DNA from: an uncultured Chitinophagaceae bacterium
GTDB taxonomy: Bacteria; Bacteroidota; Bacteroidia; Chitinophagales; Chitinophagaceae
Assembly: GCA_963835995.1 (NCBI GenBank)
Contig: CAWIHW010000001.1
Coordinates: 1,687,700-1,751,699, forward strand
Length of the DNA: 64,000 bases
Direction: 5' to 3'
Shown: positions 30,146-40,100 of the stretch, piece after piece
Numbering within the stretch: the stretch's first letter is position 1
How the letters are laid out: each line of letters opens with the position of its first letter
The notes under the pieces: model-generated
What the model saw: the letters and a program-made list of their open reading frames with translations, nothing else
What the model was told of the DNA's origin: nothing
The model's database searches: none
Program-made: the position numbers and the translations under genes

Positions 30146-31477
30146 TCATACATCAGGCAATTTGTATCCATTGTGATATTCTTTCATCATGTATTGTTGA
30201 TTTACCGCTTCGTCAGTGAACTTTTTGTTTACGGCATCCCATTCTAATTTCTTTCCGCTGCGATAAGCAATGTTACCCATTTGCGCTACAGTAGCTATGT
30301 GTGCTCCCGCCTGGATCGGGCAATGCAAATCTTCCAGTTTTCTTGATTTTATCACATCGACGAAGTTTTGCAAATGCTTGTCGACGCCTTTATCGGTCAC
30401 CGGGGCAAATGGTTTACTTACTTTGTTTTTACTCCCTTTTTCTTCAATTACTTCCCACCCTTCCCTGTTTAATATCAGCGTTCCATTATTGCCAATGTAA
30501 GCAATGCCGTGATCACGATTATAAGATCCGTTATCAATGCCCATAGCTGAATCCCAAACCATATTGAAATTGTCAAACTCGTATAATGTTGTTAGTGTAT
30601 CGGGCGTTTCTTCATACAGATCAGGATAGGCAAAGCGCCCGCCCAATGCCGCTACCGACTTAGGTGTTGGAGATTTCATTCCCAGCAGACCATAATCCAG
30701 TAAATGAACGCCCCAGTCTGTCATCAATCCTCCTGCATAATCCCAAAACCATCTGAAATTAAAATGAAAACGACTGGAATTAAATGGCCTGGTCGGAGCT
30801 GGCCCCAGCCACATCGTATAGTCGACACCGTTAGGTGGTGCACTATCGGGCACAACAGGACCTGGTTTCATCCATCCCTGGTAGCACCAGACTTTTACTG
30901 TTCTGATATTTCCTAATACACCGCTTTGTACATAATCTACTGCATCTTTAAAATGTTGTTCGCTTCTTTGCCATTGGCCGCATTGTACTACTTTATTGTA
31001 ATGTTGCTGGGCTTTCACCATCGCACGACATTCACCTATTGAATTTCCAACAGGCTTTTCGCAATACACGTCTTTTCCGGCTGCACAGGCATCCATCATG
31101 ATCAAAGCGTGCCAGTGATCAGGAGTGCCTATGATTACTGCATCAATATCTTTATTATCTAAAAGCTCCCGGTAATCTCCATAAGTTTTTACTTTCGACG
31201 CATCTTTGCCCATTGAGGCATAATTTTTCAATTGCCGGGCAATTACATTCTGGTCTACATCACACACTGCCAAAAGATTAACCCCCGGTATTCTCAGTGC
31301 AGCGGATGTATCAGCCCAACCCATTCCATTTATCCCAATAGCGCCAATATTTAACTGGTCACCTGGAGCGATTGAATTTTTTAATATGGCAAAAGCGCTG
31401 TTAGTAGCCGTTGTCGCAAGCATACTGCCGCCAATGATAGTGGCAGAATTTTGCAAAAATTTTCTGCGTGATGTCAT
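30146..31477 (-). CDS. Gfo/Idh/MocA family oxidoreductase with Tat signal
   Basis: SRRKFLQ twin-arginine, IGTPDHWHA, CEKP, DWGVHLLD. Confidence 0.92.
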   Translation of the reverse strand: MTSRRKFLQNSATIIGGSMLATTATNSAFAILKNSIAPGDQLNIGAIGINGMGWADTSAALRIPGVNLLAVCDVDQNVIARQLKNYASMGKDASKVKTYGDYRELLDNKDIDAVIIGTPDHWHALIMMDACAAGKDVYCEKPVGNSIGECRAMVKAQQHYNKVVQCGQWQRSEQHFKDAVDYVQSGVLGNIRTVKVWCYQGWMKPGPVVPDSAPPNGVDYTMWLGPAPTRPFNSSRFHFNFRWFWDYAGGLMTDWGVHLLDYGLLGMKSPTPKSVAALGGRFAYPDLYEETPDTLTTLYEFDNFNMVWDSAMGIDNGSYNRDHGIAYIGNNGTLILNREGWEVIEEKGSKNKVSKPFAPVTDKGVDKHLQNFVDVIKSRKLEDLHCPIQAGAHIATVAQMGNIAYRSGKKLEWDAVNKKFTDEAVNQQYMMKEYHNGYKLPDV

Positions 31478-31680
31478 GTGATATAGTTAAGGATTTGAGG
31501 AAATAAAATCAAGCATTTATATAAATGTAAATCATTCCTGTTGAAATGATACTTGACGGCTTAATTTATCACGAACTTTGATATGTGTCATTAATGTTAT
31601 AATAATAAATTAAATGTGTAATTAGGATAAAAAATGTTTACATTTTAGAGATTCTCAAACTGATTTAAAAATTAAAAACT

Positions 31681-32802
31681 ATGAACTTCCTGGAAAGAAT
31701 TTTTTTTGGTAATCCAATTAGAGACTGGCTTATTGCAGCCGGAATTATTATCGTTGCGTTTGCAGCGATAAAAATTTTTAAAGGCCCGGTGCTGAGGCGA
31801 CTCGAGAAGTGGTCAAAAAAAACCAAAAATACATTTGATGATTTTGTAGTGATGGCGATTGAAAAAGAGGTAGTGCCGTTTTTATACTTTGCTGCGTTGT
31901 TCGGCGCTCTTCAATACCTCGCTTTTTCGACGCATGTGGAACACGTGATACAAGTGGCGATGATGTTCGTTACGACCTTTTTTATTTTACGGTTTATTTC
32001 TTCTGCCATTCAATACTCGGTATTCGCATTCCTGGCCAAACAGGAAAACAGTGAAACCAAACAGAAGCAGGCACGCGGCTTATTGATCATTCTGAAAGTC
32101 ACCATTTGGATTTTGGGGATGGTTTTCCTTATCGACAACCTGGGGTATAATGTAACCACTATTATCACAGGACTTGGTATTGGAGGTATTGCAATTGCAT
32201 TGGCTGCGCAGGCCATTTTGGGTGATCTCTTCAGCTACTTTGTTATCTTTTTCGACCGGCCATTTGAGATCGGTGACTTTATTATTGTAGATGATAAAAC
32301 TATCGGCGCGATTGAATACATCGGTGTGAAAACCACGCGTATCAGGGCTATCAGCGGCGAACAGATCATTTGTGGCAATAAGAATCTTACCGACTCACGG
32401 GTGCATAATTATAAAAGAATGTTGAAAAGAAGAGTGGTATTCAGTCTCGGCGTTACCTATCAAACGTCACCGGATATTATGAGAAAGATACCGGAAATGA
32501 TAAAAGATATTATCGTGAGCAAAGAGAACGTCACGTTTGACCGATGTAATTTTTCGGGTTTTGGCGATTTCAGTCTCAATTTTGAAACCGTGTATATCAT
32601 CGATGGCGCCGACTATAACATTTACATGAACCTTCAGGAAAATATTTACCTGGAAATTCTTGAGAAATTTAATAACGAAAAAATTGATTTTGCATATCCA
32701 ACACAGACCTTGTTTGCGGCTAATTCATTTTTGCAGCAAAAAGAAATAAAGATAAATGGTTTGGTAAGCACATTCCCGGAGAACAACGGGAATAATTCAT
32801 AA
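31681..32802 (+). CDS. MscS family mechanosensitive channel
   Basis: GLGIGGIAIALAAQ, DRPFEIGDFI, FAYPTQTL. Confidence 0.92.
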   Translation: MNFLERIFFGNPIRDWLIAAGIIIVAFAAIKIFKGPVLRRLEKWSKKTKNTFDDFVVMAIEKEVVPFLYFAALFGALQYLAFSTHVEHVIQVAMMFVTTFFILRFISSAIQYSVFAFLAKQENSETKQKQARGLLIILKVTIWILGMVFLIDNLGYNVTTIITGLGIGGIAIALAAQAILGDLFSYFVIFFDRPFEIGDFIIVDDKTIGAIEYIGVKTTRIRAISGEQIICGNKNLTDSRVHNYKRMLKRRVVFSLGVTYQTSPDIMRKIPEMIKDIIVSKENVTFDRCNFSGFGDFSLNFETVYIIDGADYNIYMNLQENIYLEILEKFNNEKIDFAYPTQTLFAANSFLQQKEIKINGLVSTFPENNGNNS

Positions 32803-32818
32803 GGGTGGGACGAAATCG

Positions 32819-33898
32819 CTACCACTTAACGTGCTCATCCATAAAATGAATTAATTGCTCAGCCAATACTTTTTGCTCATTCGTCTGCGGATGACCGTTT
32901 GTGTTTTTATATGGAGCCAAAAATGTATAGATTCTATTATCATGTAATTCATTTACTGCCTCTTGCACATATCCCGGCCACGGTGATCCGTCTTTGGTAA
33001 TATCCATATTGCCCAGCATGCAAATAATTTGTGCATGCAGATAGGTCGCACGAATGGTTTGCACAAAGTCCCTGTACGATTTTATGATGAATGCTTCGTC
33101 CGGAGGCTTCGTTCCAAAGCGGTTTTTAAATTGTTCATTGTCCGGAAGCTTTACTATCCAGGAATCATTTTGAAGAAGATTGATCACCACTACATCGGGT
33201 GTATATTTTGAAAAATCCCATTTACTTGTAGAATCTGTCGGATCAAGCCTGTCATACATTTCAGGCATGATCAGCGGAAACCAGCTAACCATAATGCCAA
33301 TGCCACTCTTGGAGGTGCAATGGTATTGAGCGTTGTAATGGCGTGCTACAATTGCTGCGTAATCATCATAATTATTTTCGTAGTAGCCCGTTGGTGAATT
33401 ACCGGCGGGGTCACTTATTGCATATCCACAGGTAATAGAATTTCCAAAGAATTCAATTTTTCTTTTAGGTAATTTGTCCGGCTTCAATAATTTGTTTTTG
33501 GCTTGCAGGTCAAAACCATAAAACCATGTTTTGCCTTTGTCCCATTCCGTGCGTTTAAATATTTCGATGCTGTGCTTGCCATAGGGCAAGTCGTGAGCTA
33601 ACCGGTAACTTTTTTTTTCTTTATCAAACTGAATTTCATAGATACTGTCTTTGTCAATAATTATGTTGTAATAGTTGGATGTATCCTGGTCTTTGAATGT
33701 TCCTGCGATGCCCGTTCCTTTAAAATTGACCCTTATTGCGGTACCCGGCCACATTAAAACAGCTGCATCGTTGGTGTAAGAAATTCTTCCTTCGTAGGAA
33801 ATGTGCTTATTAAAAAAATTTAGAAATGTATTTTGCGAAAAGGTGCTTACAGAAATTAAAAAGAGAACCCAGAAAAGAGGAGTAATTTTTTTAAACAT
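32819..33898 (-). CDS. SGNH/GDSL hydrolase (CE2-like esterase)
   Basis: FFGNSITCGY, NLLQND, GHP; signal peptide. Confidence 0.85.
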   Translation of the reverse strand: MFKKITPLFWVLFLISVSTFSQNTFLNFFNKHISYEGRISYTNDAAVLMWPGTAIRVNFKGTGIAGTFKDQDTSNYYNIIIDKDSIYEIQFDKEKKSYRLAHDLPYGKHSIEIFKRTEWDKGKTWFYGFDLQAKNKLLKPDKLPKRKIEFFGNSITCGYAISDPAGNSPTGYYENNYDDYAAIVARHYNAQYHCTSKSGIGIMVSWFPLIMPEMYDRLDPTDSTSKWDFSKYTPDVVVINLLQNDSWIVKLPDNEQFKNRFGTKPPDEAFIIKSYRDFVQTIRATYLHAQIICMLGNMDITKDGSPWPGYVQEAVNELHDNRIYTFLAPYKNTNGHPQTNEQKVLAEQLIHFMDEHVKW

Positions 33899-33955
33899 TT
33901 ATTTTTTTTAGCGTTACTAACGGATAAGCGTACTCGAATTTATGATCTTCCTTTC

Positions 33956-34666
33956 TTAATCCCTGCTTCTGCCCTGATAAATCAGAATATATTGAATTAA
34001 CAATGCAATGGACGCAAGCGCAGCAATCACATAAGTTAAAGCTGCCCACTTCAATGCATCTTTAGCTTTTTCATGTTCCTCCGGCGAAGTGATGTGTGAC
34101 GAATCCAGCCACTTCAGTGCCCGCGCAGATGCGTCAAACTCAACCGGCAGTGTAATAACCGAAAATAATGTAGACACGGCAAATAAAATAATTCCGATGA
34201 GCAAAATAGTAGGATTACCACCGCCAAAGGTGAACAGGCCAAGGCCAATCAAAATAATCCATTGTGCAAGACTACTGCTTATTTGGACGAAGGGTACAAG
34301 CGCACTTCTAAGCGTTAGCATGGAATAGGCAGTAGCATGCTGAACAGCATGGCCACATTCATGTGCAGCCACTGCCGCTGCAGAGATATTTCTTCCTTCG
34401 TATACCTTGGGACTGAGATTTACTGTTTTTTGGGAAGGATCGTAATGGTCACTTAAAAATCCTGGGACTGAGATCACACTTACATCATAGATTCCATTAT
34501 CATGAAGCATTTTTTCTGCTACTTCCTTCCCGCTTAAGCCGCTTGAAGTAGGTATTTTCCCATATTCCGAAAACTTGCTTTTCAGCCTGAATTGCACGAT
34601 CATTCCCGCGAACATAAAAACAATCGAGATCAGGAAAATTCCAGGCATCGTCGAAAAATAATTCAT
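33956..34666 (-). CDS. Neutral zinc metallopeptidase (YugP-like, membrane)
   Basis: DHYDP, AAHECGHAVQH (HExxH), LPVEFDAS. Confidence 0.9.
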   Translation of the reverse strand: MNYFSTMPGIFLISIVFMFAGMIVQFRLKSKFSEYGKIPTSSGLSGKEVAEKMLHDNGIYDVSVISVPGFLSDHYDPSQKTVNLSPKVYEGRNISAAAVAAHECGHAVQHATAYSMLTLRSALVPFVQISSSLAQWIILIGLGLFTFGGGNPTILLIGIILFAVSTLFSVITLPVEFDASARALKWLDSSHITSPEEHEKAKDALKWAALTYVIAALASIALLIQYILIYQGRSRD

Positions 34667-34920
34667 ACAAAATTACAGATTCGGGACTTGTCGGAGGGCG
34701 AAATCTGGCGGTATAACGTATCAGCATTTTTAAAGTTCTGGTTTCAAAGACAGTTGATAAGAAAAATTTGCCGGGACAAAGAACTTTTTCTAAATTAGAG
34801 TTCTCCCCGATTTAAGCAGGCCAAAATAAATACTCTCTGATCTCACCGGAAGTTCCAGTCATTGCTAATGTATGAATCATGGCACCCGGAAATTTCTTTT
34901 CAAAAAAATAAAGTTTATTT

Positions 34921-35295
34921 ATGACAAAAATCAAAAAAGTTGTGGCCAGCTTTATCGGAATTTTTCTGATAGGATCTTCTACCAATGCTGCAAATGTGGC
35001 CACCCCCAAAAACAAAGTGGAATCGAAAATTAACAACATTATCAAAGCATTGCATGCAAAGAAAATTCAGAACGAGCAATCCAAAAGGATGTTCGAATAC
35101 CTGGAGAAAAATCACAAACTGAATGCTATCGAAATGAATAAACCCCCGGCGCCGGAGGAGGGTGAAATGAATTCGGGTAATTGGGACAACTGGAACAACT
35201 GGAGTAACTGGGATACGTGGAATAACTGGAGTAACTGGGACACATGGAATAACTGGAGTAATTGGGATACATGGAACAACTGGAGTAATTATTAA
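34921..35295 (+). CDS. Trp/Asn-rich repeat peptide, candidate multi-cyclophane RiPP precursor
   Basis: Signal-like N-terminus (TNA-A), helical leader, C-terminal core of 12 W-x-x triplets; repeat divergence is almost all synonymous, supporting real coding. Confidence 0.8.
   Translation: MTKIKKVVASFIGIFLIGSSTNAANVATPKNKVESKINNIIKALHAKKIQNEQSKRMFEYLEKNHKLNAIEMNKPPAPEEGEMNSGNWDNWNNWSNWDTWNNWSNWDTWNNWSNWDTWNNWSNY
35182..35289 (+). repeat. 4 x 27-nt tandem repeat encoding WD(N/T)WNNWSN
   Basis: Units at 35182, 35209, 35236 and 35263. Confidence 0.95.
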
Positions 35296-35357
35296 TTTGA
35301 TGAGATTTTAAATTGCGCGTAACTAACGGTGACGCGTATGCGATATATCAAAAATAA

Positions 35358-35382
35358 AAGAGGGAGAACATTTCTCCCTCTT
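35358..35382 (-). terminator. Intrinsic terminator after atpA (possibly bidirectional)
   Basis: AAGAGGGAGAA-CAT-TTCTCCCTCTT 11-bp stem with a T-rich tail on the minus strand. Confidence 0.75.
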
Positions 35383-35405
35383 CAGTGTTCTTTTAGCTAT
35401 TATTT

Positions 35406-36986
35406 TTATCGCTTAAACTGGTTCATTATGCCTTTGGCCAGTTCTGTCATCTTCTTAAGACCATCTTCCGGTAAATTCCCTTTTTTAAACTCGGCGAGAA
35501 TTTCAGGATGTTTGTTTTCCATTTCCAGGAGGAATTGTTCTTCAAAAGCGCGGATATTCTTTACCGGAACACTGCTGAGCAATCCGTTGGTGCCCAGGTA
35601 AATGATCGCGATTTGTTTTTCAACAGCGTATGGAGTAAACTGGGGTTGCTTTAATATTTCCACATTCCTTGCCCCTTTGTCCAACACTGATTTTGTAGCG
35701 GCATCGAGGTCTCCACCGAACTTTGAAAACGCTTCCATCTCGCGATAGAGCGCCTGGTCAAGTTTAAGCGTACCAGCCACCTTTTTCATGGACTTGATCT
35801 GGGCATTACCACCTACACGACTTACGGATATTCCTACGTTGATGGCAGGGCGTATACCTGAGTTGAATAAATTATTTTCCAAAAATATCTGTCCGTCGGT
35901 AATAGAGATCACGTTGGTAGGAATGTATGCCGATACATCTCCGGCTTGTGTTTCTATAATTGGAAGTGCAGTTAATGAACCACCTCCTTTTACCATTTGT
36001 CTGATATTGTCAGGGAGATCATTCATCTTTTGCGCAATCTCATCTTTCGAAATGATTTTTGCGGCTCTTTCCAGCAGGCGGCTGTGCAGGTAAAATACGT
36101 CACCGGGGTATGCCTCACGTCCGGGAGGTCTTCTTAATAAAAGTGAAACTTCACGATAAGCCACAGCCTGTTTACTCAAGTCATCATAAACAATCAATGC
36201 ATCGCGACCTGTATCACGGAAAAACTCACCAATAGCAGCTCCCGCAAATGGTGCATAAAACTGTAGCGGCGCGGGGTCGGAGGCCGACGCCGCAACAATA
36301 GTTGTATAAACCATTGCACCGTTATCTTCCAATACTTTCATCACATTGGCAATAGTAGAAGCTTTCTGGCCAATTGCTACGTAAATGCAATAAACAGGCC
36401 TACCCGCTTTGTAGAATTCTTTTTGATTAATTATGGTATCGATACAAATGGCACTTTTACCGGTTTGGCGATCGCCAATTACCAACTCTCTTTGCCCGCG
36501 ACCGATGGGGATCATCGCATCAATAGCTTTGATACCGGTTTGCAGCGGAGTCTTTACCGGCTCCCTGAAGATAACACCCGGAGCTTTGCGCTCAAGAGGC
36601 ATTTCGAAAAGTTCCCCTGTAATAGGACCTTTCCCGTCAATGGGCTCTCCGAGAGTATTAATCACTCTGCCCGCCAACCCATCGCCTACTTTTATAGACG
36701 CAATCTGGCCGGTGCGGCGAACAGTGCCACCTTCTTTAATATCCCCGCTATCGCCCATAAGTACCACACCTACATTATCTTCTTCAAGATTTAATGCAAT
36801 AGCTCTGACGCCATTTTCAAATTCCACTAGTTCGCCTGAGCTAACATTATTCAGGCCATACACTCTGGCAATCCCATCGCCTATCTGAAGTACACTTCCT
36901 ACTTCTTCAAGATTTGCTTCCGCATTAAAATTGGTAAGCTGGCTTCTGAGTATTGCTGATATTTCGTCTGGTTTTATATCCGCCAT
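35406..36986 (-). CDS. atpA: F0F1 ATP synthase subunit alpha
   Basis: [31 protein letters not shown]; start refined to ATG 36986. Confidence 0.98.
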   Translation of the reverse strand: MADIKPDEISAILRSQLTNFNAEANLEEVGSVLQIGDGIARVYGLNNVSSGELVEFENGVRAIALNLEEDNVGVVLMGDSGDIKEGGTVRRTGQIASIKVGDGLAGRVINTLGEPIDGKGPITGELFEMPLERKAPGVIFREPVKTPLQTGIKAIDAMIPIGRGQRELVIGDRQTGKSAICIDTIINQKEFYKAGRPVYCIYVAIGQKASTIANVMKVLEDNGAMVYTTIVAASASDPAPLQFYAPFAGAAIGEFFRDTGRDALIVYDDLSKQAVAYREVSLLLRRPPGREAYPGDVFYLHSRLLERAAKIISKDEIAQKMNDLPDNIRQMVKGGGSLTALPIIETQAGDVSAYIPTNVISITDGQIFLENNLFNSGIRPAINVGISVSRVGGNAQIKSMKKVAGTLKLDQALYREMEAFSKFGGDLDAATKSVLDKGARNVEILKQPQFTPYAVEKQIAIIYLGTNGLLSSVPVKNIRAFEEQFLLEMENKHPEILAEFKKGNLPEDGLKKMTELAKGIMNQFKR

Positions 36987-37009
36987 AAAATGGTTTATTT
37001 TTCGAGGTG

Positions 37010-37041
37010 CAAATGTAAAATAAGATGGGGGTAGTAACAAA
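37010..37041 (-). promoter_or_regulatory. Dedicated atpA promoter (-33 TTTG, -7 TACATTTG)
   Basis: TTTG at 37041-38, 20-nt spacer, TAnnTTTG at 37017-10. Confidence 0.7.
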
Positions 37042-37190
37042 TAAGGTTTGCTGGTAATTTTATCCACAAATAATCAATTTGATATTATAAATTTGTAGAT
37101 GAAGTTTCAAGTGTAAGACTTCCAAAACCCTTTACATCTTTGCATAAATGATCCCGACTACCGATTTCTTTTACCTCCAAATATTTGCAT

Positions 37191-40100
37191 ATGAGAAAAC
37201 GTATACTTACTGCCCTTGGGATTATCACTTGTTTTTTTGCCTTTCTGATTTTTTTGCATAAAAATGTAATTAAAGATCATCCTTTGAAAAGGTTCAGTGC
37301 CACGCCCATTCAAATATCGGATGAGGATGGTGGTGAGGGTGAGGATGGAATTCTCGCTGCACAAAAAATGGAGTTTGAACTCACGAAGGATATTTCATTG
37401 GGCTATGTTCCAAAATACAGACTTGTGAATGCCTATCTTGGTCTGATTAAAAACCGGAATCTGAATACACCAACCAATATTAATGCACTGACCTGGGCGG
37501 AGCGGGGGCCGAATACAGACACTGTTGGGCCAAGTAATGGAAATACACGTGCTGATAATGGTGTAGCCAGCGGTAGAATGAGGGCCATCTGGGTTGATCT
37601 TTCTGATCCATCTTATCATACGGTATGGATTGGAGGAATAGACGGAGGACTTTGGAAAACGACGGATATTTCTGCCTCGCCCGCAACATGGACTCCAATC
37701 AATGATTTTTTCTCAGATCTGGCAATAAGCAGTATTTGCCAGGATCCGCTTGGAACGATGGATACGATGTATTTTGGTACAGGGGAAAAAACATATAATG
37801 TAGACGCTGTTCGTGGGGGTGGTATTTGGAAAAGTACCGATCATGGTGCCACCTGGAACTTGCTTCCTTCCACTACTTCATTTTATAATGTTTCTAAAAT
37901 TATCTGTGATGCTTTGGGCAATGTATATGTGGCTACAATTGGTAACAATAAAGGAATACAGCGTTCCAAAGACGGAGGTGCTACGTGGACGAATATTACA
38001 CCCTCCGGTCTTAATACTGCAGTAACAGATATGAAACTCAGCAGCTATGGGCGAATGCATATCGTATGTGGGTATTACAATGGACCAAATGCTGGTTACA
38101 GATATACCGACAGGCCTGATATCGTTACAGCATCAGGCTGGACTGCGCCTACTACTCCTTTTCCAAATGTTAAGTATAATACGGAACTTGCCGTTGGCCC
38201 GGATTCTGTGCTATATGCGCTGGTAGCAGATTCTGTTTACCAGACACCACAGATTTATAAATCGACCGATAGCGGTGCTGTCTGGACCGCAACCACCACA
38301 TCGCCACCAGCCTCAGGGGGTACCAACGATTTGAGTAGCGGGCAGGCCTGGTATAACATGGCTATTGCAATGGATCCGGCAGACGATAAGAATGTATTGG
38401 CAGGTGGACTTAATTGCTATCTCTCTATCGATGGCGGGGATACTTGGACCCAGGTTTCCAAATGGATAGGCACTTCGTCCAGCTATGTGCATGCCGATCA
38501 ACAAACTGCTGTATGGAATGCAAACCAGGTATTGGTCGGAAGTGACGGCGGGATTTTTTATTCGTCCGACGGCGGCGCTACCTTTCATGATCGTAACACA
38601 GGACTGAGGATAAGGCAACTATACTCTTGTGCTATCCATCCTACTGCCAGCAATTATTTTCTTGGCGGTGCACAGGATAATGGAGTAAACCAATTCAAAA
38701 CAGCAGGACTTGCGGGTATAACTGAGGTTACAGGTGGTGATGGAGCATTTGTGCATATTGACCAGGATGAACCTCAATATCAATTCGGCTCTTATGTTTA
38801 CAATCAGTATAGAAGAAGTACCGATGGGGGTAATAGCTGGACCTATATAAATTACTCTAATAGTGTGGGTCAATTTGTAAATCCTACAGATTATGACAAT
38901 GTGAACAATAAAATGTATTGTGGAGGATCTTCCAATCAATATATACGATGGGAGAATCCCCAGACCGGAAGCCTCTTTACACCTGTTACTATTTCTGCGT
39001 TTTCAGGTGCGGTGAGAAGTGTAACGGTATCTCCCTACACATCCAACAGGGTCTTTTTTGGTACAAACTCCGGTAAGGTAGTACAGGTTGATAATGCGAA
39101 TTCTGCTTCTCCTACAGCTACCAATATTACAGGGTCAGGAATGTCGGCAGCCTCGATCCTTTGCATAGCAGTTGGCACCAACGATAGTAATTTGTTGGCA
39201 GTATTTCCTAATTACGGAGTAAGCGGACATGTTTGGGTTACTTCTACAAAAGGGGGTAGTTCCGGGTGGACCAATATTACGGGTAATTTGCCTGACATAC
39301 CTGTTCGCTGGGCCATGTTTTATCCTGACGATAATACAAAAGCAATCATAGCTACTGAAATGGGAGTGTATGAAACTTCTGACATTAATGGATCTTCCAC
39401 AGTATGGACAAGAGATGCAAGTTTTCCGATCGTGCGAACAGATATGCTGAAATATAGAAAAAGTGACGGAACCGTTGCGGCAGCAACACATGGGCGTGGA
39501 TTATGGACAGCCAATATTCCCCTTACCACACCGTACATTCGTTTTGCGTCCAACTATAATGAGCAAACGGAAAGTACTACAACCACATCAGGTTGTCGAG
39601 CTTACACCGACTATACGGTAAATATGACGATTGATGCTGCACCTATTGGAGATGCAACCGTCACGTTAAGCGTATCGCCAACAAGTACCGCAAAGCAGGG
39701 AGCAGATTTTGATTTTACCACGAATGGAAATTTTACTTCTCCTTCTAGCACTTTGACTTTTCCCGACGGATCCACCACTTCTGAGCCCGTGACCATTCGT
39801 GTGTATGACGATGCTGAAGTGGAGAATTCTGAAAGTTTCACACTCGCCTACAATGTATCCGGGTCTACTAATGCCCTGGCGGCTCCAAGCAGTCCGAGCT
39901 ATACATTCACGATAGATGATAATGATGTTGCTCCTAATTCTACAGGGCCTACCAATACATATACGGTTGGTTCCGCTGTATATTATTTGAATGCTGGCGC
40001 CGAAGCCCCTCCTTTCAATGCAGTACTTCCGAGCCAGCGTAGCCAGATGCTTTACCGGGCCAGTGAATTAACAGGAGCCGGAATAACCGCCGGAATCATA

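Noticed and set aside
33956-34666. Adjacent zinc peptidase as the dedicated leader protease
   Set aside because: A widespread YugP-like membrane peptidase, divergently transcribed; adjacency alone is not evidence
35182-35289. 27-nt repeats as a CRISPR array
   Set aside because: The units are contiguous with no spacers, lie in frame in an ORF, and no cas genes are present
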